Source: the human T2T-CHM13v2.0 reference genome, Homo sapiens
DNA: 64,000 nt
NCBI RefSeq assembly: GCF_009914755.1
Contig: NC_060937.1
Direction: 5' to 3' (one strand)
In this document: in pieces, positions 1 to 13,925 of the stretch
Layout: each line of letters starts with the position of its first letter
How positions within the stretch are numbered: position 1 is the stretch's first letter
Position numbers and translations under genes: made by a program
The notes under the pieces: model-generated
Told to the model about the DNA's origin: nothing
The model's database searches: none
Seen by the model: the letters and a program-made list of their open reading frames with translations, nothing else

Positions 1-576
1 ATAATCCAGCAGTCAACTGAAAGAATATCTATTGAGTGTCTACCATGTGTTCAACACTCAGCTCACTGTCAAAAAAGATACAAAAAAAAAAACAAGATAC
101 CATTCTTTCCCAGGGGCATCAAGATGTTTTATAGAGATAATCTATATCCAAATGAAACAAGAAACAAACCAAATGCATGAGATACTGATAAAATAAAGTG
201 CTTATTTGTGTGATAGGATGATCAAAATAAATTTCACTTTCAGGAGTGCCTTCCAGCTCCAACACTTTCCAATGCTATGTGTAGCACAAAAAATAGCCGA
301 AGAATTCAACTAAAGGTTCTAGAAGGTGTGTTCTCATCATGAGCATGCCCTCAGCACAGTCCCTGCTATTCGGTAAGCTCTAGGCAAATGCTGAATGAAT
401 CGATATGCAAATGAGTGCAAAATGAAAAGAATGCAGACAGCAAGATGAATTGGCATTATCTGAGAAGGCTTCAGACCTGAGACTGCTCTTAAACCAAGCT
501 GCAAGGCAGAGCTTACAAATTGTCAGCCATCAGTGTTAATCTATCTATACAGATGTGTTTCATTCAGCCCATGCTG

Positions 577-622
577 TGATGATGATGGTGGTGGGGATGA
601 CGGTGATGATGATCATGATGAA
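577..622. repeat. Imperfect (GAT/GGT)n microsatellite
   Basis: gatgatgatggtggtggggatgacggtgatgatgatcatgatgaag. Confidence 0.8.
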
Positions 623-761
623 GACAAGGATGGAAGTGGAGAGAGAATTTTAAAACCAGGAGATTCCATGTTCAAATCCATATATTTCTATTGTAAAACA
701 AACTCTACCTCTCCTGGCTCCTGTGTCCATGTGGCATGATGCCAAGGCCAGTGGCTCTTCT

Positions 762-1055
762 TTTTTTTTTTTTGAGACAGAGTCTCACTCTTGTTGCCCA
801 GGCTGGAGTCCAGTGGTATGTTCTCAACTCACTCCAACCTCTGCCTCCCAGATTGAAGCTATTCTCCTGCCTCAGCCCCCCAAGTAGCTGGGATTACAGG
901 CACCCACCACCACACCTGGCTAATTTTTGTATTTTTAGTAGAGACAGGGTTTCACCATTTGGTCAGGCTGGTCTCAAACTCCTGACCTCAAATGATCCTC
1001 CCGCGTCGGCCTCCCAAAGTGCTGGGATTACAGGGGTGAGCCACGGCGCCCGGCC
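762..1055 (-). mobile_element. AluS (Sx/Sz-like), full length
   Basis: Poly-T followed by reverse-complement Alu; TSD GTGGCTCTTCT at 751-761 and 1056-1066. Confidence 0.93.
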
Positions 1056-1507
1056 GTGGCTCTTCTCTTTCTTCGGCCATCGTCCTCCAGGGTTGCACCA
1101 TGTTCCACCCTCTCAGTCTTCTTCCCAACCAAGGCCAAGTGTCAGTTACCTTTTATTTTCATGCATGCACTATTGCTTTCTTCTGGAAGAGAAAATAATC
1201 CCCATACACATCGTACTGAAAGTGTAAAAATGCAAAAGTAGTCCATGAGGGAGTCATGTTTCAAGGGAAAAGTGTGAGACTATCTCTTGTGAAAATGAAT
1301 GAGGAAATGAAATGATGAAATTGTATGCTATTAATATCAATCTAAATGTGTCTATGAAAAGAACAGAAATTGCTTCCCTACATTATCAGTTGCTACCTTC
1401 TCAGTGAGGCCTTCCATGAGCATCCACCTCCACACATGCTTCCAGTCCCCCCCTCCACTTTAGTTTTCACTTTAGCACATGCCATGTATATTTTTATTGT
1501 ATAATTC

Positions 1508-2117
1508 TTTTTTTAACTTAATTTTAAGTTCTGGGATACATGCGCAGGACATGCAGGTTTGTTACATAGGTAAACGTGTGCCATAGTGGTTTGCTGCACC
1601 TATGAACCCATCACCTAGGTATTAAACCCCGCATGCATTAGCTATTTATCCTGATGCTCTCCCTCCCCCTGCCCCCACAACAGGCCCCAGTGTGTATTGT
1701 TCCCCTCCATGTGTCCATGTATTTTTATTGTTCAGCTCCCACTTATAAGTGAGAAAATGCTGTTTGGTTTTCTGTTCCTGTGTTAGCTCCATCCATGTCC
1801 CTGCAAAGGACATGTCCCTGCAGCTCCATCCATGTCCCTGCAAAGGACATGATCTTGTTCCTTTGTCTGGCTGCATAGTATTCCATGCTGTACATGTACC
1901 ATATTTTCTTTATCCAGTCTATCCTTGATGGGCATTTAGGTTGATTCCATGTCTTTGCTATTGTAAATAGTGCTGTAATGAACATACGCGTGCATGTGTC
2001 TTTATAACCGGATGATTTATATTCCTTTGGGTGTATACCCAGTAATGGGATTGCTGAGTCAAATGGCATTTCTGGTTCTAGGTCTTTGAGGAATCACCAC
2101 ACTCTCTTCCACAATGC
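1508..2117 (-). mobile_element. 5'-truncated older L1PA fragment (ORF2 end and 3' UTR)
   Basis: Minus-strand translation PFDSAIPLLGIHPKEYKS...[10 protein letters not shown] matches the ORF2 C-terminus; L1 3' UTR motifs present. Confidence 0.9.
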
Positions 2118-2486
2118 TATATATTTTACTGGTTTATTTCATTTGTTGTTGGAATCTTGTAATGCAAATGTAGGCTCCATAAAGGAAGGGGTTTTTGCCC
2201 TCTTTTGTTCACTACTTCATCCCTGGTACCTAGGAGAGTACCTGAAAAAGAGTAGATGTTTGATGAATGAACAAACAAACTCAGCTCGCTTCTCTAATTT
2301 ACTTTATCTGCATGATCTGCCTGAAAGGATGAAGCAGCTGTGGATAGGCTAAGAGAAGAGCCATCACTCCTGGTGAAGGAAGTTACTTCTGGCAAGTAAC
2401 ATAAGCAAAGGCTTGAGCTGGCAGGGAGCACGTGGAAAGGGAAATAGGGCTCTGTGAGAAGTAGAGCCTAATTAAAATGAAAAATG

Positions 2487-2646
2487 TAGCTGGGCATGGT
2501 GGCATGCATCTGTAATCCAAGCTACTTGGAAGGTTGAGGCGGGAGGGTTGTTTGAGCCCGGGAGTTCAAAGCTGCAGTGAGCTAGGATTGCACCACTGGA
2601 CTCTGGCCTGAACAACAGAGTGAGACCCTGTCTCAAAAAAAGAAAA
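2487..2646 (+). mobile_element. AluJ right arm / FRAM-like monomer
   Basis: tagctgggcatggtggcatgcatctgtaatcc...gagaccctgtctcaaaaaa. Confidence 0.85.
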
Positions 2647-3773
2647 GGTAAAAATGAAATAATGCATTTAAAATGGAAAATGTGTCATGGAGTTGCCAGT
2701 TAAGAATCCATGATTGATAGATGTGAACAAGACACCACTCATCTGTCCCCTGTCATCAATCTGGACCATTGCCCACCCCACCTGGCTTTCCCAGCGCCAT
2801 ACCTGTGTATCCTTCTGGACCCCACCTGGGCTGTTCTAGCACCCTTCAATGATTCTCCAGAAAAAATACTAAACTGCTCACAGTAGACTATAAAACCCTG
2901 TAGGATCTCCTGGCCCACTTCTCTGGCCCCAACTCCTGCCTCTCCAACATATGCACTTTGCCTTTCAGTTGCACCAAACTAACTACTTTCCAAACCCTTA
3001 GTGGGTTTGGTCCACATGAGCCTTTCAACATGGGCTCCATCTGATTGGGAGCCCCAACACCAGCTCACTCTTCAAGATCAGCTCAGAGAGACAGAGAGAC
3101 CCCTGTGGGAGCTTCTCCCTAGAGCCCCTACTTGGCAGACCCAGGACCCCTACTCTGTACCTCTGGACCATCTGATGCTCCGCGGGTAATACTTATCCAT
3201 CAGAAGCTGCATGCATCGCCTGTAAGATACAGCGTGAACACACAATTCTGCGGCACTCTTGGCCAACTGATGGTACCCAGGCCTTGAGAATGCCTCCCTC
3301 GCTCCTTGAACCCTCCCTAGAAATTGATTGGTTTTCTCATTAAGTGGTCACAGCCCTAAGGTACCACCACCATGTGTCTATTTTCACTGGTCCTGAGTTA
3401 ACCTGTTATGCCCTATCCCCTTTACTGTGGTGTAAGTGCCCTTACCTTTTCCCATTTGATCTCAGTTTAATTAACTTTGGGTCACTGGTTTCTGCTCTTG
3501 AAAATACATACTCTACACTCAGCTTTCATTCTTCTCAACTCAGTTCTTGTCAATGTTGACATCACGTTGTACTACTGTCTGTTTTTATGTCTATACCTCC
3601 ACAGAAGAGAAAGCTCCTTGAAAGTAGAACCGATGTCTTTTCATCTTTGTAGCCCCAATGCCTAATGCGGTATCTTGCACAGAGAAAACCCTTAATGAAT
3701 GTTTGTTGACTGAATGCATGAACACATGCAGCGATACAGCCATTGCCATTGGTCTTTAAGAGAAAGGACCATG

Positions 3774-4052
3774 GCACTTTGGGAAGCCGAGGAGGGTGAA
3801 TTACCTGACATCAGGAGTTCGAGACCAGCCTGACCAGTATGGTGAAACCCCATCTCTACTAAAAATACAAAAATTAGCCTGGTGTGGTGGCATGCACCTG
3901 TAGTTCCAGCTACTCAGGAGGCTGAGACAGGAGAATCACTTGAACCCGGAAGCAGAGGTTGCAGTGAGCTGAGATAGTGCCACCGCACTCCAGCCTAGGC
4001 GACAGAGCAAGACTCCGTCAAAAAAAAAAAAAAAGAAAAAGGAAAAAAAGAA
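3774..4052 (+). mobile_element. 5'-truncated AluS
   Basis: Begins at gcactttggga; B box GTTCGAGAC intact; TSD AAAGGACCATG at 3763-3773 and 4053-4063. Confidence 0.9.
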
Positions 4053-6042
4053 AAAGGACCATGAATTAAGTTATGGCAGCAGTACTACATATTCAAAAAA
4101 CTAAGTAAAGAAAATAAAGACAGATTTTTTTTAATTACTGCAATCAGATTCATTGGTCATGAGAACCTGACCTATAGGCTTAGAAGAAGTGAAAAGATGG
4201 ATATAAAAAGCTAGACTAAATCTGAAAATTAAAAGACCTTTCAGAGAAAGAAAACAAAGTTGAAGTCACAGGGTTGAGCTTGCCCTGGAGAGATCACACT
4301 GTCTACTCTTTAACCCCATGGGTCTGAGTTTTCAGATTTCCCGTGTATCAGGATGAGTTGGGGATACAAGTTAAGAGTGCGAATCTCCAGACTGCAGGTC
4401 TAGTACCTGTGTCTGTACTGAGAGCACATTGTGTGAACACCTTGGCATGGTGACCCCAGGACCACCTATGCCTTAACCATTTTTGATCAGGGAAAAGCTC
4501 TTTTCCTTGTAAAGATGACTACAGAGTTTCCATGATTTTCTAGGATACTCAGCATGTTTTTCCTGAAATCCTCTTTTTCATCATGTTTTAGGAAAGCCTG
4601 TTCTAATGGCTTTGTTTTCAGAAAAAAACTGTTTTTAAAATGTCAAGCGAAAGAGATTTCTAAGTGTCTCTTCTTGTTGTGGAGTCACCTTTTTGGACCA
4701 AAAAAAGTAAAATCAAGTTCTGGACAAAAGTTCTAGCTCCTCTGAAGTTTGTCCTTTCCTCTCGACCATATAAATAATGGAGAAGGGGAACTTACTGGTA
4801 TATCTCATTTAGGCACTTGGATAAATAACACCCCACTTTCAGTTATCTTTGGAAAAAACATTGAGAAACCCTCTTACCTTTTTGAAGACAAAAGAAGCAA
4901 ATTGAAAATGCACTAGGCCTTTTTTAAATATTTGTGATTTGGCTTGAAAAAGAAGGTCGGTTTTCCACATAGGAAATAATTTGAAGAAATAAAATGAAAA
5001 CTATTTTCAAAAGACTGTTTAACTTTCCTTTAATTATACTAAAAAGAATAATAAAGAGCATGAAGCATATTGGAATTTGTCATTTATGGATCACCATGGC
5101 ATAGTATAAAAATTCAGAAGTAGCTTCTAATGAGAAAAATACAAAAAATAATATCAGTGAATTTTATATTTATTAATCTAGGGGAAAAATTGAGAGGTTA
5201 GGGTTCCATTCTGTTCAGAAAGACTCACAGTGTAACCTCACATGCCAGCATGATCATTATACTATGACTTTCCAGTGCATCAGGAATAAAACATAAGGCT
5301 CGTCAAAGAAGTAATAGAAAAGCAACCTAATATTGAGGCTAACTTGACACAAATCATTCTAATTATTTACATTCAGAGCTCCTTTTGCTGAGACCTTTTT
5401 TTTTTTGAAGAGATAAAGGCTATTTTCTAAATACCACTGCTTAGCTACCAAATCTATTAACAGAAAGCCCCTGGCGTTTGATCTTTCAGATTCCAGTGTG
5501 CTTCCAGTACTGTTTTTATACTTATCTGCAATAAAAAGGTGATTCCTCCAAGCGCTTTGGATTTGGTTGAATCAGATTTACTGTCTGGCTTCTCAACCTT
5601 ATTCCCAAGTACAATGTAATAGGAAAATGCAAAGCCCTTTCAAGTCCCCATGGGTTCCTATGGCAGGGTGGTGAAAATTTTGTTTTCTTTACTACTTTTC
5701 ATTTCATAAGAGAAATAGTCTCAAGGAGAGGATTTCTAATGCAATGTTGTTAGATACAGACCATTAAATATGTAGGGCTGGCTTTCCAGCCTACATATGC
5801 AGCCCTATGGGAAAACTCTCCCTTTGTCATGGAAACCCAGGGGAGGAGTTGGTCTGTGCTGTTTTATGAATAAAAAATCCAGAAGGGGAACTCTTTTTCC
5901 ATTTTAAAGCCAGGAGGAGTTTTTAGGACTTTCATTTTTTCACACTTGCCTGTTAGAGAAATGGCATAAGTTTTATGGTATTGTGCATCTAGAATGTTCT
6001 TAGCACCACCTGAAAATTATTATTTCCGCTGATAGTTAAGAC

Positions 6043-6091
6043 AGATGATAGATGACTGATCGATGATAGATGATTGATTGATTGATTGATT
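6043..6091. repeat. (GATA)/(GATT) compound tetranucleotide repeat
   Basis: gatgatagatgactgatcgatgatagatgattgattgattgattgatt. Confidence 0.8.
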
Positions 6092-6564
6092 CAGGGACAG
6101 TATAATCCACTGTTATACATAACCAGAAGCATAATTGGGCAAATAGCATTTGATTCATCTGTCTTTGGACCTCCTAAAGGAAGATGGGCTGATTTAAAAT
6201 GTTATCTTGAAAAATGTATAGTCTTGTATTTGTTTGGAGGGTTCTAGACATAGGCATTGTTAGAAATGGTTTAGAAAATTAGGAAAGGCTACTCAAACCA
6301 TAGTGGCGTTAAAAAAAAGGCCAAGAATTAGGAAATTGTTTGTAGGGCTGCTAGAATCACAATGATGTTGGAGAAGGTCTAGAACATTAGCATGGACTGA
6401 TAATTCAGGGAAGAGTACCAAGATTTCCAGAGTGCTATCCTCCTCCCCCCAAATATATTTTCCATCTTTTTTGAAATGAGTGAGACCTACCAATAGGCAC
6501 AGGGCTTTTCAAATGCATTCACACTCTCCAGTTCACCAGTTCTGTTGTAATGGTTAATTTGAGA

Positions 6565-6750
6565 CTGCAGGCTCTGGGCCCCCACTGCCAAGGCTCAAAA
6601 CCAGGCCCTACTACTTGTGCTATGTGATCAAGGCCAAGAGACTTCACTCTTCACTGCCTCAGTGTGTTCACTGTTCTTGTGAGGTTGTGGTGATTAAACA
6701 ATAAGATAGGAGTGATGGGTGTAGCATGGGGCCAGCCACTTAGTGAGGAT
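6565..6750 (+). mobile_element. MIR SINE fragment
   Basis: Degenerate MIR core (ctacttgtgctatgtgatcaaggccaag...gcctcagtgtgttc...gaggttgtggtgattaaa). Confidence 0.6.
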
Positions 6751-7002
6751 TTGATGACATCTCACTAAACAAAAAGGTCACCATAGAAATGCAATTCTCA
6801 GTTATTGCATCTGTAAAGTTGAGACATCAACAGCTACCTTTCAACATTTTTTACAAATTGGAGGCAATTATGGATTTGGTTGCTGAGTGTCCAATAGGTA
6901 TGGTAGCCATCACTGTTGTTATCATAATTTTTATCAACACCTGTCTCACTCCTTGTTGTACAGGTCAAGAAAACCCAACTAGATCATAGCTTCTTGAAGA
7001 CA

Positions 7003-7165
7003 AGCAGGCTTCATGGGATACTACCTGCATAGTTGCACAAGGCCCAGTGTTTAGAAGTACCTGACACTCTGTAGTTGCCACGTTCAAATTCCTAATAATA
7101 TTTAAACAGGGAACCCTGCATTTTCATTTTGCACTGGGCTCTACAAATTACGTAGCTGATCCTGA
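7003..7165. mobile_element. MER91-like hAT DNA transposon remnant
   Basis: ccctgcattttcattttgcactgggctctacaaattacgtagctgatcctg end motif. Confidence 0.55.
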
Positions 7166-8620
7166 GGACAGGGACTGTTTCTAACTTGGTTTTATAAACT
7201 TTGTCTTCCAGGCACAGTTCTTTATACACAGTAGGTTTGCATTAGATGTTTCTTGAAGTGAATGGGCATTGCCACTAATTAATAATAACTGAACATGAAA
7301 ATCATTTATTCAATGCCCACTTTCGGAAATCCAGGCTCCTCCTGAGCTTATAAAGTCCTTTTGTGGACAGGCCTTTGGCCAATAACAAGAATCAATGGTG
7401 ACAATAATCGTTCCAAGTAAATCTTGTAAATGTAGAAATGGATTGAGTATTTGCAGGATGTACTTCATAAATTCAGACAGGAAGGTTGGTTAAATGTTTA
7501 AAATTGTTGTTTGGAACAGATTAAAGGGTGCAAAAAATGTTAGCAAAATCACTTGGGAAAGGTGGTTTCTAATGTTTTTAATATTGGCACAGTTAGTAAC
7601 TGACTTTAAATCCTTCCTTGATCAACATAAAAAGACATTTCAAGGGAAAGGAAATAAATGGTAATGCCATTAACCATCACACATTGTAGAAGTACCTATT
7701 ATAAAAAATCCTTTCTAAGTTTTACTGTTCTGGATCTAAGCTTATTTCATAGAAATACAGAATTAAATACTACACTTGATTTCATTTTGGAATATTAATG
7801 AGACTGAAATAAGCTTTAAATTTTTCTTTGACTCATTAAGCTGGAAAGTCAAAGTGCTAAAAATACATACTTTTGCTTCAACATAGGCTGAAATGGATAC
7901 AAAGAATTTTGTGTCAGGGGGAGTTTAACTTAGAGTAAAAGGACCTATCGGGGGAAATTTGAAGCAATTGTAATGTAGAATTTGGCTATTATACATAAAC
8001 ATATGTCTATATTCATCATGTAGCTTTACTTGTCAGAAAATATCTATCTTAAAACTTGTACAGTCAGAAAAAGTATCAATAACATAAAATTTCACAGCCC
8101 CCTTTTAGAACTATGGCCTTAACATTTTGTAGGGAAATAAAGCTTTGGTTAACCTTGGCTCTGGTAGACCTCATTAAAATAACAGCCTGTCAGTTTCAAG
8201 TTTAAAATAACAGGGTTGTCAGTTTTATATGCAGTGGAACAATCTACAGTTTTATTCTCGGGGATAAGACTGGTAAGGGGGTGAAAGGTGGACAAAGACT
8301 GGACAACACTGCCATCTGGTGGTTATAATGAAGGTGGCCTCTAAATGCCTGGAGACGAGGCTGGACCATCTTGAAGGAAAAGAGGGTGACGTCAGCCTGC
8401 TTTAAGCAAGTCACTGTTCGACTTTTTGATAGCCTTTTGCCTTTAAAATGTAGGTACATGCCCAGAGCCTAGATGCAATTTATAATCTCAAAGTTACAGT
8501 AAATCAATAATAAACTCTGCTCTTTGGTAATCTTTAATCCCTGCATATCCATGATTTGAGAAAATTAATTTTCAAGAGAATGAAATCTTGTGAAAAGAAT
8601 TAGATTCAACAAAAACTTTA

Positions 8621-8836
8621 TTTTACTTTAAGTTCTGGGATACATGTGCAGAACGTGCAGGTTTGGTACATAGGTATACATGTGCCATGGTGGTTTGCTG
8701 CACCTATCAGCCCATCATCTACGTTTTAAGCCCCACATGCATTACGTATTTGTCCTAATGCTCTCCTTCCCCTTGCCCCCACCCCCCGACAGGCCCTGGT
8801 GTGTGATGTTGCCCTTCCCGTGTCCATGTGTTCTCG
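8621..8836 (-). mobile_element. Short 5'-truncated L1PA 3'-end insertion with 21-bp TSD
   Basis: L1 3' UTR in reverse; TSD TTAGATTCAAC[A/G]AAAACTTTA at 8600-8620 and 8837-8857. Confidence 0.88.
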
Positions 8837-9404
8837 TTAGATTCAACGAAAACTTTAAAAAATATTTTCCTTTATTAAAACCACCACATATCTGGTGTTT
8901 TATTGCATGAGTATCTTGTGAGAAATTCATCAAACTGATGATATATGATTTGTTTACTTTTCTGGATGATTATTAAACTTCAGTAAAAATAAATAAATGC
9001 AAACCAAAAAAAGCTGTTCATAGGCAAAATTTTGATGGCTGTCACAAAGCTGGATGGAACATGTTCCCATTTATATAAACTGAAGCAATTCTAGACATAG
9101 GCTGGATTCAAACAGACTTCTACTGTAACCTAACTTCGATTCAGTTCTTTCCTGCTGTACTTCGGACAGTTGACTGGGGGTATGGAGCAGGGGCAGGAGA
9201 GTGAGGTCAGAGAAAAATGAGTTCTGTTGATTTGAAATGCAACCTACTCAAAAAGTTCAGAAGAAGATACTGAACTCTCTAATGTTGAGCTAATAGCCCA
9301 CCTTTAGTTCATTCAGACAACAACCCCTAGCCTAGGAACCATGCTCAACCCCTCTCAGTAGCAACTGGCCCCCTCTCCTGACGTGCTTAGGAAGGACCTT
9401 AGAC

Positions 9405-9850
9405 CATGCCCTCAATATGGTAGCCACCAGCCATACATGGCTATTGACCACTAGGGATGTGCTGTAGACAGAACTGAGATGAGCTCTAAGCGAAAAACCC
9501 ACAACAGATTTTGAAACCTGTGCCATCTAACATGGCAGCCATTAACAATGTGTGACTATTGAGCAATGGAGATGTCCGGTGGAATGAACTGAGATGGACT
9601 GTAAGTATAAAATACAAACTAGGCTTTAAAGACTTAGTACCAGAAAATAATAAAGAATATACAATATCTCATTTAAATGTTTCGTGTTCACTATGTATTG
9701 AAACAATGTTTTGAATAAGTTGTGTTAAACAAAACATAACATTGAAGTTAGCTTCAACTTACTTTTTTTAAAATGTGGCAACTAGAAAATTTAAAATTAC
9801 ACCTGTAGCTCCTTTGTGGCTTACATGATGTTTCTACTGGATATTGCTGC
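9405..9850. mobile_element. MER3/MER33-like hAT-Charlie MITE(s); 5' part present twice
   Basis: aatatggtagccaccagccatacatggctattg and aacatggcagccattaacaatgtgtgactattgag, each followed by gaactgagatg; end ...ctactggatattgctg. Confidence 0.65.
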
Positions 9851-12800
9851 CTTCAGGCTCTCATTGCTTCTTCGAACAGGATGGCCATTTTGCTATTTTA
9901 CAAGTTGTTTTCTCTCTCACTGGAGCTAAAGTGGGCTGCCTATGACACTTCTGCAGCTTGTAGGAGACTAAGAGGACCCATTTAGGTTATTGGATGCTTA
10001 TGATGCAAAGGTGAAAGTCAAGCAAAATTATGTCACCTGGGTCTAATCATAAGCAGAGTAAATCGTACTCCCTGGTTGGTGCCCCATGGGGTAAATTGGA
10101 TCTTTAAGGTAACCAGATGGCTCTCAGGAACAGGTAATTTACCTCACCGGGGTAAGAACTTGATTTGCAAGAAAGAATACAGTTTAGTCCCCCAATGCCA
10201 TATGTCCCCATGGTGACATTTGTACTCATTAAGTACTTCCAGTTCCAAGTGCCCTAGCAATGTATGAACTTTCTTTCTCCCTTATTGTAAAATATTGATT
10301 TTACTTCTCACACCCTACAACCCTTAAATGTGTGAGCCATTTTTAATGCTCGTTTATGTGTATATATCATCTTTCCTCCACTGGGTGGTTAATTGAAGGC
10401 AGGACCACGTCCCTTAAATCACTGTATGCCCAGGACCTTAAAAAGGCCCAGTACATTGTAGATACGAATCAAGTGTGTGTGCCTGCCTGTGTGCAGCTGT
10501 GTGTGGGGGTGGGGGTGTTTAGTTGGAGTGACTATCCATAAACAGACCCTAAGCAACCAATTATCTATAATATAGGGAAGCTTACAAGGAAGATGCCCCT
10601 CCCTATGGCAGTAAACTTATTTTGCAAATAAGGGCATGTCGAATTTACATGTCATTTACAATTTCATTTGAAGACCCAGAATTTGAACTTGCCCTTCTGC
10701 CTACTCTGCCGATTGTTCATTTATTCATTCGCTATTATTGAATACAACCAAAAACCAGGCATTGTGCTAGGAGATGGGACACACATCTGCTAGGAGGTGG
10801 TGAGCACAAAGGACAGAGGCCCTGCCCCTATGTCACCTGCAGCTGGGAGGGAGGCCCACAACCATGATGAATAGGCAAATCTTTATGGTAGGTAAAACCA
10901 AACGGATCTCTGTGAGCACATATTCTGGGGAGGTCCTAGTTGAAACCCATAGAAAGACTTTCAGCTAAATCATACTCTTCTCTCCAATGTGTAGACTTTA
11001 CATTTGAGTAAGAGTTCATAGACAGCCTTGGGTGCTGTGGTTTACATTCTTAGACATATTTATTAGTATCTCATCCTATTGTTCCTAGAATTCCCTTAGG
11101 CTAAAATCTTTGGTATTTGAACTCGAACCAGTTCCCAGTTAAACCCAGGAAGAAAAAAGGCAGATCATTGCATTATAGCATAAATATAACACAAGAAATG
11201 TAAAAGTAGCATTTATTATGCACCACACAATGCAAGTCTACATAGTTAAGTACAAATCAAATCATATATGCCCAAAAGACATTTATATGCTTTTGGCTGC
11301 CTATTCCATAAAAGATTTATGGCAATCCGTCTCTACCCTAAATGGCTTTAGAATTTAGATAAATCTGATTTCCACCTACTAGTTGCTGAATATTTTCCTA
11401 TGCTGCATCTAAATTACTTTTCCAATGTGTGTACATCCTTGTGGGTACTCTCACTGTTGGATGGAATCATGTTTGCAATATCTTACGTAAGATAAGTAAG
11501 ATATCATGCTCAGTGACACCACTCTTGGGTGAGCAAAAGGTGTTTCTTGTTTCCTGGTAAGTTCCAAATGTCTGTAGGCTTCAGAGAAACAGACCAGAAT
11601 ACACATCTATTTCTCAGCTTCGGTGTGGAAGAATAAAGCCACCAAACTGTTGGAATTAAATAACGAATTCTAAAATATTCAGGAATGCCTAAACTTGAAG
11701 TGAAATGCTTTGCAATGCCTCCTCCCCCTTTTTTAATTAGCAGACTTACTTGTCCTGGATTTCATTCCCTGAAGATGAAATTTCAATATTTTCAGAGTAA
11801 CTTCAGGTAGCTATGAGCTTAACTGAATCACTGTGGTATGCCAATCACAGGTAGAAATAGAGATGGAAATTCTCTATGAGTTTCCTAAGTATCATCAAAG
11901 GCCCTGTGAAGGGGTTGTACATTTGAAGTAAGAGTTGGCAAAGAATCTGAATTTTTCAGCAAAACTAAATGTTCAAACATTAAACTTTTTCTCACATTGG
12001 CAAAATTGAGCTATTAAATATTGGAGTGGTCTCTGGCAGTTTTCCAAATCAGGGCTAATTTCCAGGTTAGTCCTATACAAAGGGGTCAATCCTATGCCAC
12101 TAGCATCATCTTGTTAGCTATATCAGGAAATTGAGGAAATATGGGGGAAATTTGCCTTTCAAACCACAAAGAACTTCCAAAAGGTTTCATTCCATAATGA
12201 TGATAGAATAGATGATGGTAGGAGCAGAGGTCAGGTTTAAAATAAAATATCCAAAATGCTTCAAGGTGCCTTATATAACTGCTAGAAATACTGAATTCAT
12301 TCTCTTCTTTTGAAAGCGCACTTGAGATCTTCCAATCCAGCATTATGAAGACCGCATATCTAATGACCTAATTTAGAATCAGCACTTGTCACAATCCATG
12401 CTCTAAATCATGGCAAGTTCCTTGGGGATTTCTGCCTCTATACAGCAAAAATAATGCCTGAGAAAAGATAGAGGCCGAAGTTAGCCACCAAGGAGAATAG
12501 AGCTGTTCTCCAAAGCAGAGAGCGAGAGAGCAGATGGGACAGACCTTTGGTCAGCAGCGAATCAAAAGGAGCATTTACCAGGGGCTAGGCAGAGAAAAAC
12601 AGAATCCACTCACAATTTGAAACCAGGTAGAGCTTGCAAAGGAACAAAGCCAGGCAAGAGAGAAAAGTTGAGGGCTCAGTCTCAATGCCAAGAGAGGAGG
12701 AAGAATAAGAATGTGTTTCTGCTATGTGCTCAAGCCCTGTTCATAAAGACCCAGAACTGCCTAGCGAGGGGAGATGACTTGGCTTAGGTCAAAGCAACAA

Positions 12801-13601
12801 ATCCCAAGTCCTCCTTCATTGATATCTGTCATTAGAAACATTTAAATAGAGTCTAAATGAGCCTGTCAAGAATGCTCTAGAAGCGTTGGACTGACTGTGA
12901 GAGCTCTGCTAAGCCTTTAAATTCCATAATTCAGCAATAAAACTACTCCTTTAAATCATTGCTATTTCTCAGTCTTGAAAAGTAAATAGTGCCACATTTG
13001 AGGTACCTTGCTGCAAAGCAATACTTTGACTTGGTCTGGATTCCCAAAGAACAAATGACTTCTTGTGTTTTTCTTTTCACTATTGAATTCAATAGATATT
13101 AGTTCAATGTCAGACTGTGTCATCTCTCAAGGACGTATAGGATGCCTACTGCACTTAATGCCATAGGGAATGAGGCACAATCAGAACATCAGGTACAAAC
13201 ATGAAGATTTGAAAGTTTGTTGTTGTTTTCTTAAAATCTGCTGCAAAAATCTAACCTGAACAGCAGTAGGAAGATATTTCTGATGTCTCCCACATTTATC
13301 CCAATTTGAGGACCAGGATTTTGCCTGAAAAGGACCCCATCTATCTTTTCAGGGGCATGCATGCCCTTAATATGGTGTGATCAGCTATCCAAGAAACTCC
13401 AAGCCTAAAACCAGACAGGATTATTCAGACTGAACTTTTCAACACATTCTCAATTCCCTACGAAACTCAACAAAACTAAGCATTGTGTTTTCAAACCTTC
13501 AAAGATTCACTTCCTACTTTTTTAAAATTTTTATTTATATCCTTCTTAGTCTTTCCTACAAAACATGTGTTTGTCAACTTGGGAGTAATGTTAAAAGTAC
13601 C

Positions 13602-13925
<324 letters not shown>

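Noticed and set aside
533-739. Asp/Gly-rich 68-aa ORF
   Set aside because: Produced by a (GAT/GGT)n microsatellite; non-ATG start and no exon context.
736-1227. 163-aa ORF, and similar ORFs at 13678, 30752, 31806, 55067 and 56415
   Set aside because: Translations of antisense Alu sequence ([29 protein letters not shown]); not genes.
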